A DNA stretch of 64,000 nucleotides from Candidatus Dojkabacteria bacterium. Lineage in GTDB: Bacteria; Patescibacteriota; Dojkabacteria; B142; OLB20. The notes beneath the pieces are model-generated. The model saw only the letters and a list, made by a program, of their open reading frames with translations. It ran no database searches and was not told the DNA's origin. Location: assembly GCA_035444565.1 (NCBI GenBank), contig DAOMOX010000001.1, forward strand, positions 59,987 through 123,986. Reading direction: 5' to 3'. Made by a program: the position numbers and the translations under genes. The stretch's first letter is position 1. Each line of letters opens with the position of its first letter. Positions 42,821-52,807 of this stretch are shown one piece after another.

Positions 42821-43302
42821 TATCTTCCAGCGTTTTTTATTCTCATCTGATTAATTGTCTTTTCAAAATCCTCTTCTGAAAGGTCCCAGGCATTGCCTAG
42901 TTCATTTCCTTTGCTTGAAGAGTTGGACCCTTTGAAGAAGTCCCTATCTACATTAGATTGATTCGTATCTGCCATCTGCTTACCTATCTCTACTAATTCA
43001 GATGGACCTAATGCAATAGCTACAACTCTATCAATGGGTAGTGTTCTGTTCTCAGGTTTCATAGCCTCTTCAAGTATTTTATTAGCGTGTTTCTTGTATA
43101 CTTCATTTCCATCCTCAAGTAGGAAATCACTAACTTTATCCTTTGCTACTAGCCTTTCAACTCTATCATCGGGGTTGTCCTTGCCTTCAGGCTTTGTTTT
43201 ATCCCCTTTAGTTTCTGCCTTCTTCTCTTCAGGTTCGTTGTTCTCTTCTCCTTCTGCCTCTTCATCTAAGTCATCAAAAGGATCTTTGTAATCTTCATTC
43301 AT
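42817..43302 (-). CDS. putative scaffolding protein
   Basis: Acidic protein before MCP; C-terminal 'WDLSEEDFEK'. Confidence 0.75.
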   Translation of the reverse strand: MNEDYKDPFDDLDEEAEGEENNEPEEKKAETKGDKTKPEGKDNPDDRVERLVAKDKVSDFLLEDGNEVYKKHANKILEEAMKPENRTLPIDRVVAIALGPSELVEIGKQMADTNQSNVDRDFFKGSNSSSKGNELGNAWDLSEEDFEKTINQMRIKNAGRY

Positions 43303-43331
43303 TGTATGAATATAAAAAATAAATTACCCAG

Positions 43332-43634
43332 TTAATCTGGTAGGTTATAATATGGGTCCAGGTAGTTTTTAATAGATGTTTTCTTATATTGCTTATCTAG
43401 TCTTACAACTTGTTCGGGTAGACTTATAAACCTAGTTAATTGCTCTATTAGTTTGGCGGTCCTTACTCTCTCTTCTCCTAGTTTCTGATAGTCTACAGAC
43501 TCTGGAATCACTAACAAATCCTTGTTGAGTTCCTCAATCGTATCCTCAATAACGGAAACAAGGTATTTCCATCCCTCAGTTGAGATTAGATTAGCAAAGT
43601 TTTCTACAATTACCTCTTGTTCCTTATGTATCAT
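43332..43634 (-). CDS. small protein after portal
   Basis: 'LISTEGWKYL' pattern common after podovirus portals. Confidence 0.7.
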   Translation of the reverse strand: MIHKEQEVIVENFANLISTEGWKYLVSVIEDTIEELNKDLLVIPESVDYQKLGEERVRTAKLIEQLTRFISLPEQVVRLDKQYKKTSIKNYLDPYYNLPD

Positions 43635-45559
43635 TGCATCATAAGTGCTTGGCTTATATTAGATGGAGCATCAGGGTTCAATTGTGCATTTATATTAGGT
43701 TCTCCTGGTTGTTGATTCTGTAATTCAGGGAATAATTCAGGCTTAGCTTTCTGAAGTGCCATTGCCGCCTTATGGGTTTCAATATGTGCAAACGTGGCGT
43801 TAGTTGCTTTAGCTCTTTCGTGTATCTCTATGTGAGCCATGTGGTCATCATTCGGTTTAACTGGAGCTTTCTTATTCTTATCGAGTAATTGATTCTCCTC
43901 TTCTGCCATCAACTCATCAGGAGATGGAGGGAGTAGTTTATTAATCTCAGTAACGCTATACCCTATGAGTTTATACATCTTCTTAGCTATATAGCGGTGA
44001 TTAGTTCCTGGATTTTGTGCAGTTGCTTTATAAACTGTAGCAAGTCTAGTTAGTTCCTTGTCTCTGATAGCCTCTGATAATATCTTAGATGTGATTGTTA
44101 TATTCGGGTCCGCCTTAGGAGTTATAAGTTCGTTCTTCTTGTATGTTTTCCAGTCAGAACCAAAAGCCGATTTAAGCTCTACCAATTTCTTAGAAGTATC
44201 AGGCATGTACTTGTGATACATGAAGTACCATGTTTTCCAGAAGTTCTTTTCTGATATCTCAAAGAATTTAGCTGTTAGAGAATATCTTACTCCAACTTTA
44301 GAGGCTACAAGGTTAATTTCTCCTAGAGTTTTATCCTGAGATGATGTTACGCCTTGTTGTGTTTCAGGCGTGGCTGTAGCTTTTTGAGCCGCCTCATCCA
44401 GTTGATTCATGATATATTCAACGACATTTACATTAGGGTAATCCTTTGGAAGGGCTACTACAGCCCCTACAGGGTCGTGTTTTATTCCAGTTTTCTTATT
44501 TAAGCCAAAATCTAGCTCTTTTGGATTAGTTATCTTAGTTTCATTGTATAAGTAATGAGGGTATATCGAGTGTTGTATGCTATCTAGAGTTGCATTTTGT
44601 GTAATTGCTCTAGCCCTTTGCTTATCCTCAATCAAGTCAGGAATAGATACTCCATCCCAGTCTCTACTCATTTTAGATGATGGACGATCTACAGCTAACC
44701 AACTAGCCTGGTTCTTAGCTACAGAATACTTAACAACATCTGCAAAATCATTAGTGGTAACAACTAAACATTTCTTTCCGTTAAAGTGTGTATGCCATTT
44801 GATAAGTTGAAACGATTCATTATCTCCAAATTCAGGACCCTCTTTAGAATCATTCTGAGTATTTTGAGCATCAGCTCTAGCCCTTCTAGCCTCTTCTATT
44901 CCTGAATCATGCTTGATTGATGTTTGAATAATTCTATCAATGGATGCATAGCGGTCCTTCTCTAATTCCCTTTTGGTAATTTCTACATCCTGCCCCCAGA
45001 ACCTACAACCACGTGAAGTTGAACTATCATTAAATGCACTTGCTTTAGGGTCCCTATAGAATACAAGGGGGTCTATTACCTGGACCTCAGGAGTATTAGT
45101 TTTGGTATCGAATCCTACAAACTCAACCATACCTCTACCAAAGAAAAGGGAATCAAATATCCAATCATAATTAATCTCAGCCATCCCCATTTCATCAAAA
45201 TCATATCGGGCGATATGGTTCAAGTTCTCAGCTTGTGTGTCATCTCCAGTCTCATGTCCTGAAAACTCTACTTGCATTTGGTCGTTATACAAACTAGCTA
45301 TAACAGTCATGAAGATTGTATATAGCAAAGGGTCCCCGAACTTATCTTCATCCCTCTTTTGGTTATTGAAAAGGGAAAGTCTCATTCCCCATACTTTTTT
45401 CTTGTGGAGTAAATAGTTTCTAGAGGTATCGTATTCTGCCTCAACTTGTTTTAATAATCGTTTAGTCTCTTCAGGAGTAAGGGGAATATCCCCTCCGCTT
45501 GTGTCTTGTTCCTGGAACTCTACCTTCACTTGCTCATTGGTTATTTTATTTTTTGGCAT
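43631..45559 (-). CDS. portal protein (P22-like)
   Basis: 642 aa; 'IDP..FY.DP', 'T..EI', 'DDH.AHIE.H'; position. Confidence 0.88.
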   Translation of the reverse strand: MPKNKITNEQVKVEFQEQDTSGGDIPLTPEETKRLLKQVEAEYDTSRNYLLHKKKVWGMRLSLFNNQKRDEDKFGDPLLYTIFMTVIASLYNDQMQVEFSGHETGDDTQAENLNHIARYDFDEMGMAEINYDWIFDSLFFGRGMVEFVGFDTKTNTPEVQVIDPLVFYRDPKASAFNDSSTSRGCRFWGQDVEITKRELEKDRYASIDRIIQTSIKHDSGIEEARRARADAQNTQNDSKEGPEFGDNESFQLIKWHTHFNGKKCLVVTTNDFADVVKYSVAKNQASWLAVDRPSSKMSRDWDGVSIPDLIEDKQRARAITQNATLDSIQHSIYPHYLYNETKITNPKELDFGLNKKTGIKHDPVGAVVALPKDYPNVNVVEYIMNQLDEAAQKATATPETQQGVTSSQDKTLGEINLVASKVGVRYSLTAKFFEISEKNFWKTWYFMYHKYMPDTSKKLVELKSAFGSDWKTYKKNELITPKADPNITITSKILSEAIRDKELTRLATVYKATAQNPGTNHRYIAKKMYKLIGYSVTEINKLLPPSPDELMAEEENQLLDKNKKAPVKPNDDHMAHIEIHERAKATNATFAHIETHKAAMALQKAKPELFPELQNQQPGEPNINAQLNPDAPSNISQALMMQ

Positions 45560-45941
45560 TTTTTAGATCTTTTAATAATTCTTCTAGTTCTTTATCAGTC
45601 ATAGTTTTTAGTTCATCTGTAGGGTCCGCCCTCTTTATCTCTTGTAGGTCCCTCCAACCAAATCTATTTTTCATATTGAAAATCCAAACTGTAGCATTTA
45701 GTTTTACATCTTGTGGTCCGCCTAGAATATAATCAATCCCTAATCCTTCCCAAAACATCCTACATTGCACTTCCCCTTCTTTTATGGCATCTGAAAACTC
45801 TCTATGAATTTTCACCCATCTATACAAAGTATCTGCTGTAATATGTAAAGAACCTGCAACTGCCTCTTTAGAATAACCCTTACTCATCAAGTCTACGACT
45901 TTCTTACAATAGGCTTTTTTGTATTTAGTAGGTCTAGCCAT
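45546..45941 (-). CDS. terS: terminase small subunit
   Basis: 'MARPTKY', HTH 'TLYRW...H.EFSDAIK', 'IFNMKNRFGW'. Confidence 0.88.
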   Translation of the reverse strand: MARPTKYKKAYCKKVVDLMSKGYSKEAVAGSLHITADTLYRWVKIHREFSDAIKEGEVQCRMFWEGLGIDYILGGPQDVKLNATVWIFNMKNRFGWRDLQEIKRADPTDELKTMTDKELEELLKDLKNAKK

Positions 45942-45982
45942 CTCATAGAATTAGAGTTACGAGTTTGATTCTCAATTTTCGT

Positions 45983-46015
45983 GGGAGTATTACTTTTTTT
46001 TGAGGCGATTGTCAA
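45983..46015 (-). promoter_or_regulatory. phage late promoter motif upstream of terS
   Basis: TTGACA-18-AATACT within AAAAAGTAATACTCCC. Confidence 0.72.
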
Positions 46016-46329
46016 ATATTTTGTGTGATTTTATCCAGGAATAAATGTTTCATCCCTAGAAGATATCGAGTAAGTTCTGATATCTCTTCATCCTCTGTAA
46101 GGTAGTCGTAATAATAACTACCCTTTTTGAAGTTGATAATTACCTTATTTTCCCCATGTTTTGTGTAGGCTATAGCCCCTTCTTTAACTTTAACCTTTTT
46201 GTTTTCTCTGATGATGTGAAAGGAATTAGCTACACGATAACGGAGACGAACAAAAGTAATTATATCTACGATTGACTCGGCTCTAGTGGAGCTAAATCTG
46301 TAGTATTTACGTGATATGTTGTTTCCCAT
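46012..46329 (-). CDS. phage hypothetical protein (candidate late regulator by position)
   Basis: ATG at 46329 directly after the replication gene; basic. Confidence 0.55.
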   Translation of the reverse strand: MGNNISRKYYRFSSTRAESIVDIITFVRLRYRVANSFHIIRENKKVKVKEGAIAYTKHGENKVIINFKKGSYYYDYLTEDEEISELTRYLLGMKHLFLDKITQNI

Positions 46330-46330
46330 G

Positions 46331-47185
46331 TTAGGTAGTGTTAAGAAATAAACCAGTACGTTTAAGCTCCTCAAAGCGTTCACGACTGAGTTTGAGGAGG
46401 TCCGAACTCGCACGTTTAGGCGATGGTGGTGGTACCCATCCAGGAGGTAAATCTAGTTTTCGTTCCTGGTACATGGGTTTAATATCTAAATCATCATTCC
46501 ATCTTTGAGCATTAAGCCAACTTGTTGGGAGGGGAATATATCGGGGTTCTGTTTTGTGTTGTTTCCAGTAACGGAGATAGCGTTGAAGTCCCTGGATTAT
46601 TTTTTCATGATAACCATCCTTCACTAGGATTTTATATTTCTTCTCTGCATCAACTTTACTTTGTTTCCTAGGATATAAATTCCAAAATTCTAAAAATTCC
46701 TTACTCTCTTGCACATGTTCTTTTGTAATAGTTTCTTTTGTAATAGTTTCTTTTGTGTGTTTCCTTTTGGTAACTACCTGTGTAACCATTTGGTAACTAG
46801 TGGGGGTACATTTGGTAACTAGTTTCCTTTTGGTAACTACCCAGTTATCCGTATTGGGATTGATTTTATAATGTAGTGGTTCCCTATTGGTAACTAGTAG
46901 AATTTTCGCATTAATAAGCCTAGCTAATGATTTAGAGACCGACTTTCTTGTTAGTCCAGTAAATTTTTCAAACTGAGTGTAACTTATCCAATCTGCGTTT
47001 TTATTAAATCCCGAAGTCTTTCTCAAAATAACAAGAACCACTCTAAAGTCGGATCCCGATAGTTCAGCAAGTGTAAGTTTTTCTAGTAAGGTATTTTCAA
47101 ACTGTGTAAATAGTTCGTCTTTATGGTGATTGGTATTTTGTGGGCTAGTTGAGACCATGATTTTATGTTTAGTTGTCGTAAACAT
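46331..47185 (-). CDS. phage replication initiator (lambda O-like)
   Basis: 'RKTSGFNK..DWIS..QF', 'F.EFW..YPRK', 'P.P.SWLN..RW.D'. Confidence 0.9.
   Translation of the reverse strand: MFTTTKHKIMVSTSPQNTNHHKDELFTQFENTLLEKLTLAELSGSDFRVVLVILRKTSGFNKNADWISYTQFEKFTGLTRKSVSKSLARLINAKILLVTNREPLHYKINPNTDNWVVTKRKLVTKCTPTSYQMVTQVVTKRKHTKETITKETITKEHVQESKEFLEFWNLYPRKQSKVDAEKKYKILVKDGYHEKIIQGLQRYLRYWKQHKTEPRYIPLPTSWLNAQRWNDDLDIKPMYQERKLDLPPGWVPPPSPKRASSDLLKLSRERFEELKRTGLFLNTT
46717..46896. repeat. replication origin iterons (5 x TTGGTAACTA) plus AT-rich 15-bp tandem repeat inside the initiator gene
   Basis: TTGGTAACTA at 46767, 46790, 46812, 46830, 46887; (ttcttttgtaatagt) x2.5. Confidence 0.85.
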
Positions 47186-47450
47186 TTATAATCTATCAAT
47201 AAAACTTAGCACTCGTCAACTAGAAAAAAGAGAAAAATTACTTTTTAGTAGGAATTAGAGAAACTATTTTCTCCATTAAGTCGACATAAGGAAGGAGGAA
47301 TTTAGAGGAGGAGTGGTCGATTGAATTTCTCAAGGATTGTAATTCCTGAATTATCTTATCAAGTCGCTTAATCATATTGATATATAAGATAGTGTGTTAT
47401 ATATATCAAACCAAGGGCTATTTTGTCAACACAAACACATTTTGATGAAT

Positions 47451-48053
47451 TTAATCATCAGTTGACTCGCATACTACCCCATTGTCTATAAATTCTAAAC
47501 CGTCTAGATCCATAGGATCATTAGTTTTCGTAAAGCCACAACTATCAAAGAATTTTTGGGCTTCTGCCTGGCTACTAAAATCGCTACAATCCCTATCAAC
47601 ACTACAAGAATATTTTCCCCCCTCGCTTCTTCTATTAACAGTCTCATACGTTTCCAATCCCACCGCTAACATAAATAGAAAGAGCGGTACCAAGACAATT
47701 GATGCGAAAAACAACATAATCGAAATCAATAATTTCTCTCTCCGTGACGAACTAGCCCAAAATCCCCTAAAAGATTTAAAGATACTTAGAATTACTCTAA
47801 AGAAAAAGTACAAAATAAATAACCCTAAAAAGCTTGATATTACGGGGTATTTGTATGTAGGTATTTCGGACCAGACAAGATATAAAACAAAGGTTAAAAC
47901 CAATCCAAATATATTGAACGCAGCTTCGTGATGGTTGTTGACATGCTTACTAATATTCATATCCCCTTTCAAGAATTTATATAATAGATAAAGGATAAAC
48001 CCACACAAAAGACCACTCGATACCCCTATTAAATAAATATCTAGATTGACCAT
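47451..48053 (-). CDS. membrane protein with C-terminal Excalibur Ca-binding domain
   Basis: Four TM segments; 'DCSDF..QAEAQ.FF...DP..LDG....NGVVCE'. Confidence 0.85.
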   Translation of the reverse strand: MVNLDIYLIGVSSGLLCGFILYLLYKFLKGDMNISKHVNNHHEAAFNIFGLVLTFVLYLVWSEIPTYKYPVISSFLGLFILYFFFRVILSIFKSFRGFWASSSRREKLLISIMLFFASIVLVPLFLFMLAVGLETYETVNRRSEGGKYSCSVDRDCSDFSSQAEAQKFFDSCGFTKTNDPMDLDGLEFIDNGVVCESTDD

Positions 48054-48111
48054 GAGCGATTAATTAGAAATTAACTATTGTAAGCAAATGGCAATAAATA
48101 GATTGTGCGAT

Positions 48112-48471
48112 CTATTTATCTTTCGGTGGTTTAATTGGTTGATTGGTGAGGTTACTCAATGCCTTTCTTCTTAGAGTAAATTCATATTTATCTAACCCAG
48201 TAGTATATTTCTGTCCATAATACTTCTCAAAGTCCTTATATAGTTGTTGAGGGCTGACATTCAACTTTTTTGCCAAATCTCTTATTCCAGCATACTCCAG
48301 ATCTTGTGCCAATAAAGCTATTAGATGAATCTTTTTCATATGGAGCATAGCTTTTGCCTTGTTATAATTTTTTGGCATTGTAATAAACACAAGAGAGAAA
48401 GAATCAATTCTCCCTTTTAAGTGGTCCTTAAAATGACTGAGGTTATGTTGATATTTTATCATATTTTTCAA
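48112..48471 (-). CDS. putative HTH repressor
   Basis: 'IRDLAKKLNVSPQQLY'; divergent from early operon; true start may be internal. Confidence 0.6.
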   Translation of the reverse strand: MKNMIKYQHNLSHFKDHLKGRIDSFSLVFITMPKNYNKAKAMLHMKKIHLIALLAQDLEYAGIRDLAKKLNVSPQQLYKDFEKYYGQKYTTGLDKYEFTLRRKALSNLTNQPIKPPKDK

Positions 48472-48516
48472 TGTTTACAAGTAAATACAAGATGTACGTA
48501 TCGTAAATGCAAGTTA

Positions 48517-48662
48517 AATATAACACCAACCTTACCCACCGTCAAGTGTAACTGACTGGATAGATATTCCCTTTTATCATTTCTCGCAACCGCCTAACGC
48601 AGTAGAGAAAATTGAGAAAATACACATTTTAACTTGACGACTACTAATCTATATTATATATT
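48517..48662. promoter_or_regulatory. divergent genetic-switch promoters, both TTGACG-17-TATATT
   Basis: Minus 48545-48517; plus 48634-48662. Confidence 0.8.
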
Positions 48663-48688
48663 TTATACAGAGTTACGACCGCTAAACC

Positions 48689-48847
48689 ATGACAAACCAA
48701 ATTTACAACACGAGAAAATACGTGGAAGGCAAGAAGAAGAAAGAGAGAACTGAGTTAATTATCTTTGTACTTGAGAGTGCAATGGTAGTAGCAACAGTTC
48801 TAACTTTCATACTAGGAGTACCCTTCTGGTATCTCTTCACCTTCTGA
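48689..48847 (+). CDS. 52-aa membrane peptide, first early gene (not in ORF track)
   Basis: MTNQIYNTRKYVEGKKKKERTELIIFVLESAMVVATVLTFILGVPFWYLFTF. Confidence 0.55.
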   Translation: MTNQIYNTRKYVEGKKKKERTELIIFVLESAMVVATVLTFILGVPFWYLFTF

Positions 48848-48914
48848 ACTTAATCAGGGGGGGTTTTTTGCGTACACATAAGACCCCCGCTATTTAAGTT
48901 TATTACTTCTAATT

Positions 48915-49199
48915 ATGGGAATAAGGGATATCTGGCAACAGATGACACTAAGGGAGGCTAAATCAAGAAAGAAGAGTATAAGATCTTCTCAAATTGAATT
49001 AGCCAAACAACTATTATTTTTGATAGCTACAAAGCAATTAGGGATAGTAGGCAAACAGAAGAGGAAGATTTTTCAATTCCAATTCGGAAAGGTTAACCAT
49101 AATACCTACAATCGAAGATGCATACACGCTGATTCGCTTGAGCAATGGTTAGAGGACCAAAACATTAAACTTAAATTTAAGAATATTGCCAATGGATAA
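48915..49199 (+). CDS. phage hypothetical protein
   Basis: 94-aa basic ORF. Confidence 0.6.
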   Translation: MGIRDIWQQMTLREAKSRKKSIRSSQIELAKQLLFLIATKQLGIVGKQKRKIFQFQFGKVNHNTYNRRCIHADSLEQWLEDQNIKLKFKNIANG

Positions 49200-50094
49200 C
49201 CAACAATTAGCGACAGTTAAAGAATACACACCACAAGAGGTTGAACTAATTAAGAACACGATAGCAACTGGTTCTACAGATAATGAACTAAAGTTGTTTC
49301 TATATCAAGCTAAGAGGACACAACTAGACCCCCTTGCAGGACAGCTACACTTTACTAAGTACAACACTAAATCAGGACCGAAGGTGGGCTTTATAACCTC
49401 AATAGATGGGTACAGATTAATAGCGGAGAGAACAGGACAATATGCAGGGAATGATGATTATAGTTTTAATGATAATAAATCTCAGTATGAAGTATTGAAG
49501 AACGGAGAAAAAAGACCCCTAACCGCTACAGCTACAGTCTATAGATTAGTGAACGGAGAGAGAATACCTTTCACATCTACTGTAGTATGGGATTCATATT
49601 ATCCAGGACCAAACAAGGGTTTTATATGGGATAAGATGCCCTTCCTAATGTTAGGAAAGTGTGCAGAGGCGATAGCATTAAGAAAAGCATTTCCACAAGA
49701 GTTGGGAGGATTATACACAAGTGAAGAGATGGACCAATCAGAGATGATACATAAGCACAACGGAAAGGCTACAGAGAAGAAAGAAGAGGCTACTGAAGGA
49801 GAAGTAGTACACAAAAAAGATTATGAGACATTGCCCGAAGATGAGATGCAGAAATTGAGACTAAGAATAAAGATAGCAGTTAGACAATCGGACCTGGAGA
49901 AGGTGGGAGAGATGATTAAGAAACTCAAAAAGGATATGAAGATAGACGTATCCCAACTAACAGAATTAAGCAAACTATATAAGGAAAGGGAGTTCTATTT
50001 ACTAGGGGAAGAGGATGAGGACGAGGAAGAGGGTCCAAAAGAAGAGGATAAATCATATGTAATAGACCCTGATGAAATAAAGATAGACGAATAA
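49186..50094 (+). CDS. bet: phage recombination protein Bet (RecT/Red-beta family)
   Basis: 'LDPL..Q', 'SIDGYRLIAERTGQYAG', 'W.KMP..ML.KCAEA.ALRKAFP.ELGGLYT.EEM'. Confidence 0.93.
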   Translation: MPMDNQQLATVKEYTPQEVELIKNTIATGSTDNELKLFLYQAKRTQLDPLAGQLHFTKYNTKSGPKVGFITSIDGYRLIAERTGQYAGNDDYSFNDNKSQYEVLKNGEKRPLTATATVYRLVNGERIPFTSTVVWDSYYPGPNKGFIWDKMPFLMLGKCAEAIALRKAFPQELGGLYTSEEMDQSEMIHKHNGKATEKKEEATEGEVVHKKDYETLPEDEMQKLRLRIKIAVRQSDLEKVGEMIKKLKKDMKIDVSQLTELSKLYKEREFYLLGEEDEDEEEGPKEEDKSYVIDPDEIKIDE

Positions 50095-50129
50095 GCACTA
50101 TTTTATATTTTATTTTTTAACTTGCCCCC

Positions 50130-50312
50130 ATGAGTCAAATCTCAAAACTCAAAGAGATAATGAGTTGTAAAGAGGATTTAGAGACTTTTGAAGAGAAATA
50201 TATTGAGAGTGTTTTCAGGTTTTATAGGAGATACGGATATCTTACCAGGAGCCAATGGGACTGGATAGATATCTACTATAACAAACTTTATCAATTATAC
50301 AGCTATGAGTAA
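50130..50312 (+). CDS. phage hypothetical protein
   Basis: 60-aa ORF in early operon. Confidence 0.6.
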   Translation: MSQISKLKEIMSCKEDLETFEEKYIESVFRFYRRYGYLTRSQWDWIDIYYNKLYQLYSYE

Positions 50313-50692
50313 TGGTTCTAGAGCTACATTAGATTATGTCCTATTTTGGACTATTGGAATGATTATTTTAGTTATTACCTTTCTTTAATGCCCTACATTA
50401 AAAGCACTAATTTTGGATTTAATGGTGATGATGATTATCCGAAGTTAACGAAAGCAGGAACTGTTGTATCCGTATTGATGGTTTTACTTACAGTTAGTTT
50501 TCTACTATGGATAACAATAGCATACAGCTAACAGAAGAGGACAAGCAGAGTATAGTAGAATATCTACAGGCGTTACAAAGCATAAAGGACCGCACTACAG
50601 AAGGTTAATAATTGAATTGTGGTGGACAATGCGGGGCATAGGGGTATGTTTAAGTTGTCCATCACAACCCATTTACATTTTAACCAATCCAA

Positions 50693-51187
50693 ATGAGAGA
50701 GATAAGATTCAGGGCTTGGCAAAGCGAAGATAAACAAATGATTTACTCGCCTTTAATCACATCTAATGATGGTGCCGATAAAGCCTTCACGTCTTTTTGG
50801 GCTTTTATTGAAGATAACACTATATACGCGGGAGATGTTCAGATAATGCAATACATAGGACTAAAAGACAAGAACGGTAAAGAGATTTACGAGGGGGATG
50901 TGATAAATTATTTAGATAATTCTCATGATTATGGTGAATTTGGTTTTGGAATTAGAAAGGGGGTATGTGAATTTTCAAACCATACGGGAAGTTTCTTTTT
51001 TAGGGGTGATGATGGAGATACAAGGGATTATATGAACCTTGTTAATATGCAAGAAAAATGGAGTAAAGAAAGTTATCAAACAGTAAGTTCGCCATTCAGA
51101 GATGGTAAATTAGTAAAAAGTTACACTGAAATTGAAATCATCGGAAACATCTACGAAAACCCTAATTTATTATCACAAGACAAATGA
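50693..51187 (+). CDS. YopX family protein
   Basis: 'MREIRFRAW', 'MQYIGLKDKNGKEIYEGD', 'IIGNIYENPNLL'. Confidence 0.95.
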   Translation: MREIRFRAWQSEDKQMIYSPLITSNDGADKAFTSFWAFIEDNTIYAGDVQIMQYIGLKDKNGKEIYEGDVINYLDNSHDYGEFGFGIRKGVCEFSNHTGSFFFRGDDGDTRDYMNLVNMQEKWSKESYQTVSSPFRDGKLVKSYTEIEIIGNIYENPNLLSQDK

Positions 51188-51414
51188 CAGACAAAGAGAT
51201 TGAGGAAAAAAGAGAGGAGTTTATTACAACATTTCCGAGTCTTTACGAGGGTCTTGGAACTGGAAGTTATTTGGAGATTCACGATAAGGTATGGCAATGG
51301 ATAGAGGAACTGATAAGGCATTATCATACACAAGGAAAGATAGAGGGATATAAAGAATGTCTTGAAGAGCAAGACGAACATGGCAAATATAATTTATTAA
51401 AAGATAAAAGATGA
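51184..51414 (+). CDS. phage hypothetical protein (paralog of 53066..53359)
   Basis: MTDKE...W.WIEELI shared. Confidence 0.7.
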   Translation: MTDKEIEEKREEFITTFPSLYEGLGTGSYLEIHDKVWQWIEELIRHYHTQGKIEGYKECLEEQDEHGKYNLLKDKR

Positions 51415-51493
51415 AAATTCACGAGGTTAATAAGTTCATAAGGGACACTAAAGTCACATTGATAAGCGAATATTATGACGGACAGGTTGCCCG

Positions 51494-51742
51494 ATGAAGA
51501 GTACTTCAAAAATGAACTTAATACAGAAAGCTCAAAAGGTTAAAACAAGCACTTATTCATATAACAAGAAGTATACCTTTGAGGAGGTACAACTTGCCAA
51601 TGCTTGGGTTCATAGAGCAGTTACTTCTCACCAATTAGCTACAGTACTGAACATGAGTGGCGGAAATATTTATGTATTTATTTGTGGAGCTTTAAAGTAT
51701 GGTGCAAGCAAGGGTTGGTTAGAAACAAATATAATTTATTAA
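51494..51742 (+). CDS. phage hypothetical protein
   Basis: 82-aa ORF. Confidence 0.6.
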   Translation: MKSTSKMNLIQKAQKVKTSTYSYNKKYTFEEVQLANAWVHRAVTSHQLATVLNMSGGNIYVFICGALKYGASKGWLETNIIY

Positions 51743-51750
51743 ATAATGAC

Positions 51751-52089
51751 ATGAACTATTATCCCAAAACTATAAAAAAAGACCCACTCCATAATTGGAA
51801 AGAGGTTGAGAAATATCGAGACAATAATAAAGGGAGATTACCAACAGAGCCAACTATTAAAGAAAGGGATATTAGGCTTTTAATAGATGAACTGGGCTTT
51901 GAATGGCACTCAGTTAGAACTTGGATTTTTGAAAGGGCTTATGGAGTTGAAAAGATTAGATTCACAATAAGCCAGAGTAGAACGCAAAAGGACCATTGGA
52001 TGTTCACAATTAAAAGCAAGGGTTATATACAGCAAACAAGAACTAATAAGTTAGAAGAGATTTGGAACGAGATACACGCTCATTTTTAA
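51751..52089 (+). CDS. phage hypothetical protein
   Basis: ATG at 51751 (MNYYPK); ORF track extends it into the upstream gene. Confidence 0.6.
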   Translation: MNYYPKTIKKDPLHNWKEVEKYRDNNKGRLPTEPTIKERDIRLLIDELGFEWHSVRTWIFERAYGVEKIRFTISQSRTQKDHWMFTIKSKGYIQQTRTNKLEEIWNEIHAHF

Positions 52090-52218
52090 ATTATTATTTC
52101 TTATTATGAAAATAAATACAGAAATAGCAAAAGGAACTAAAAAAGTACCAACACTTGATATTACCAAGAAGGTAAATCAAGATCCTATCCAAAAGAGAGA
52201 AGATAACTAACTTATTAA

Positions 52219-52653
52219 ATGATTGATATGTTAAAAAGAAAATTTAGAATAGATGATTATGGTGATTTACTTGCAGAGGGAGTGGGGAAAAAGCTCATTT
52301 CTATTACTTATTTCGGTAGCTATCAGGGCGATTGGATTGCCGCACTTGATAATGGAAAGAACATAGAGGTTTGGAAGGGTTTTTATGGTAGTTGTTCGGT
52401 GTGTGATTCGTTACAGTCGATGTATCGTATGGATAAAAATGCAGACGACTATTTAACTAGGGGAGATATTGACGCATTGACAGATATGCTCAAAGAAGAG
52501 GGTAACCCATTCATTAAAATACCTAAGAATATATTTAATGACATTTCTGTAAAAGATTTTGAGGCACTACTTCCTCTGAATACCAGGGCTGACATATACA
52601 ACTTCGATGCAGGGGAATTATTAACAGATATTAGACAAGCTCTTCAAAACTAA
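52219..52653 (+). CDS. phage hypothetical protein
   Basis: 'GSYQGDW', 'YGSCSVCD' motif seen in small phage proteins. Confidence 0.75.
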   Translation: MIDMLKRKFRIDDYGDLLAEGVGKKLISITYFGSYQGDWIAALDNGKNIEVWKGFYGSCSVCDSLQSMYRMDKNADDYLTRGDIDALTDMLKEEGNPFIKIPKNIFNDISVKDFEALLPLNTRADIYNFDAGELLTDIRQALQN

Positions 52654-52662
52654 ATAGGAACC

Positions 52663-52795
52663 AAACACAGGTGGTTTGCTTGACCGAAAAGAGGGCGTAG
52701 AGGGAATGTGCAAACGTAGCACTAGGTCGGTAAGTTACGCATTAGCCATGAAAGAAGTCGACTCAGACATGGCAGACCGCAGACCACCTCTGTTT
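52663..52795 (+). ncRNA. candidate structured RNA (multi-stem, ~133 nt)
   Basis: 17-bp closing stem aaacacaggtggtttgc/gcagaccacctctgttt enclosing ttgaccga/tcggtaa, gtgc/gcac and gccatg/catggc stems. Confidence 0.55.
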
Positions 52796-52807
52796 AGTTT
52801 TTATTAA

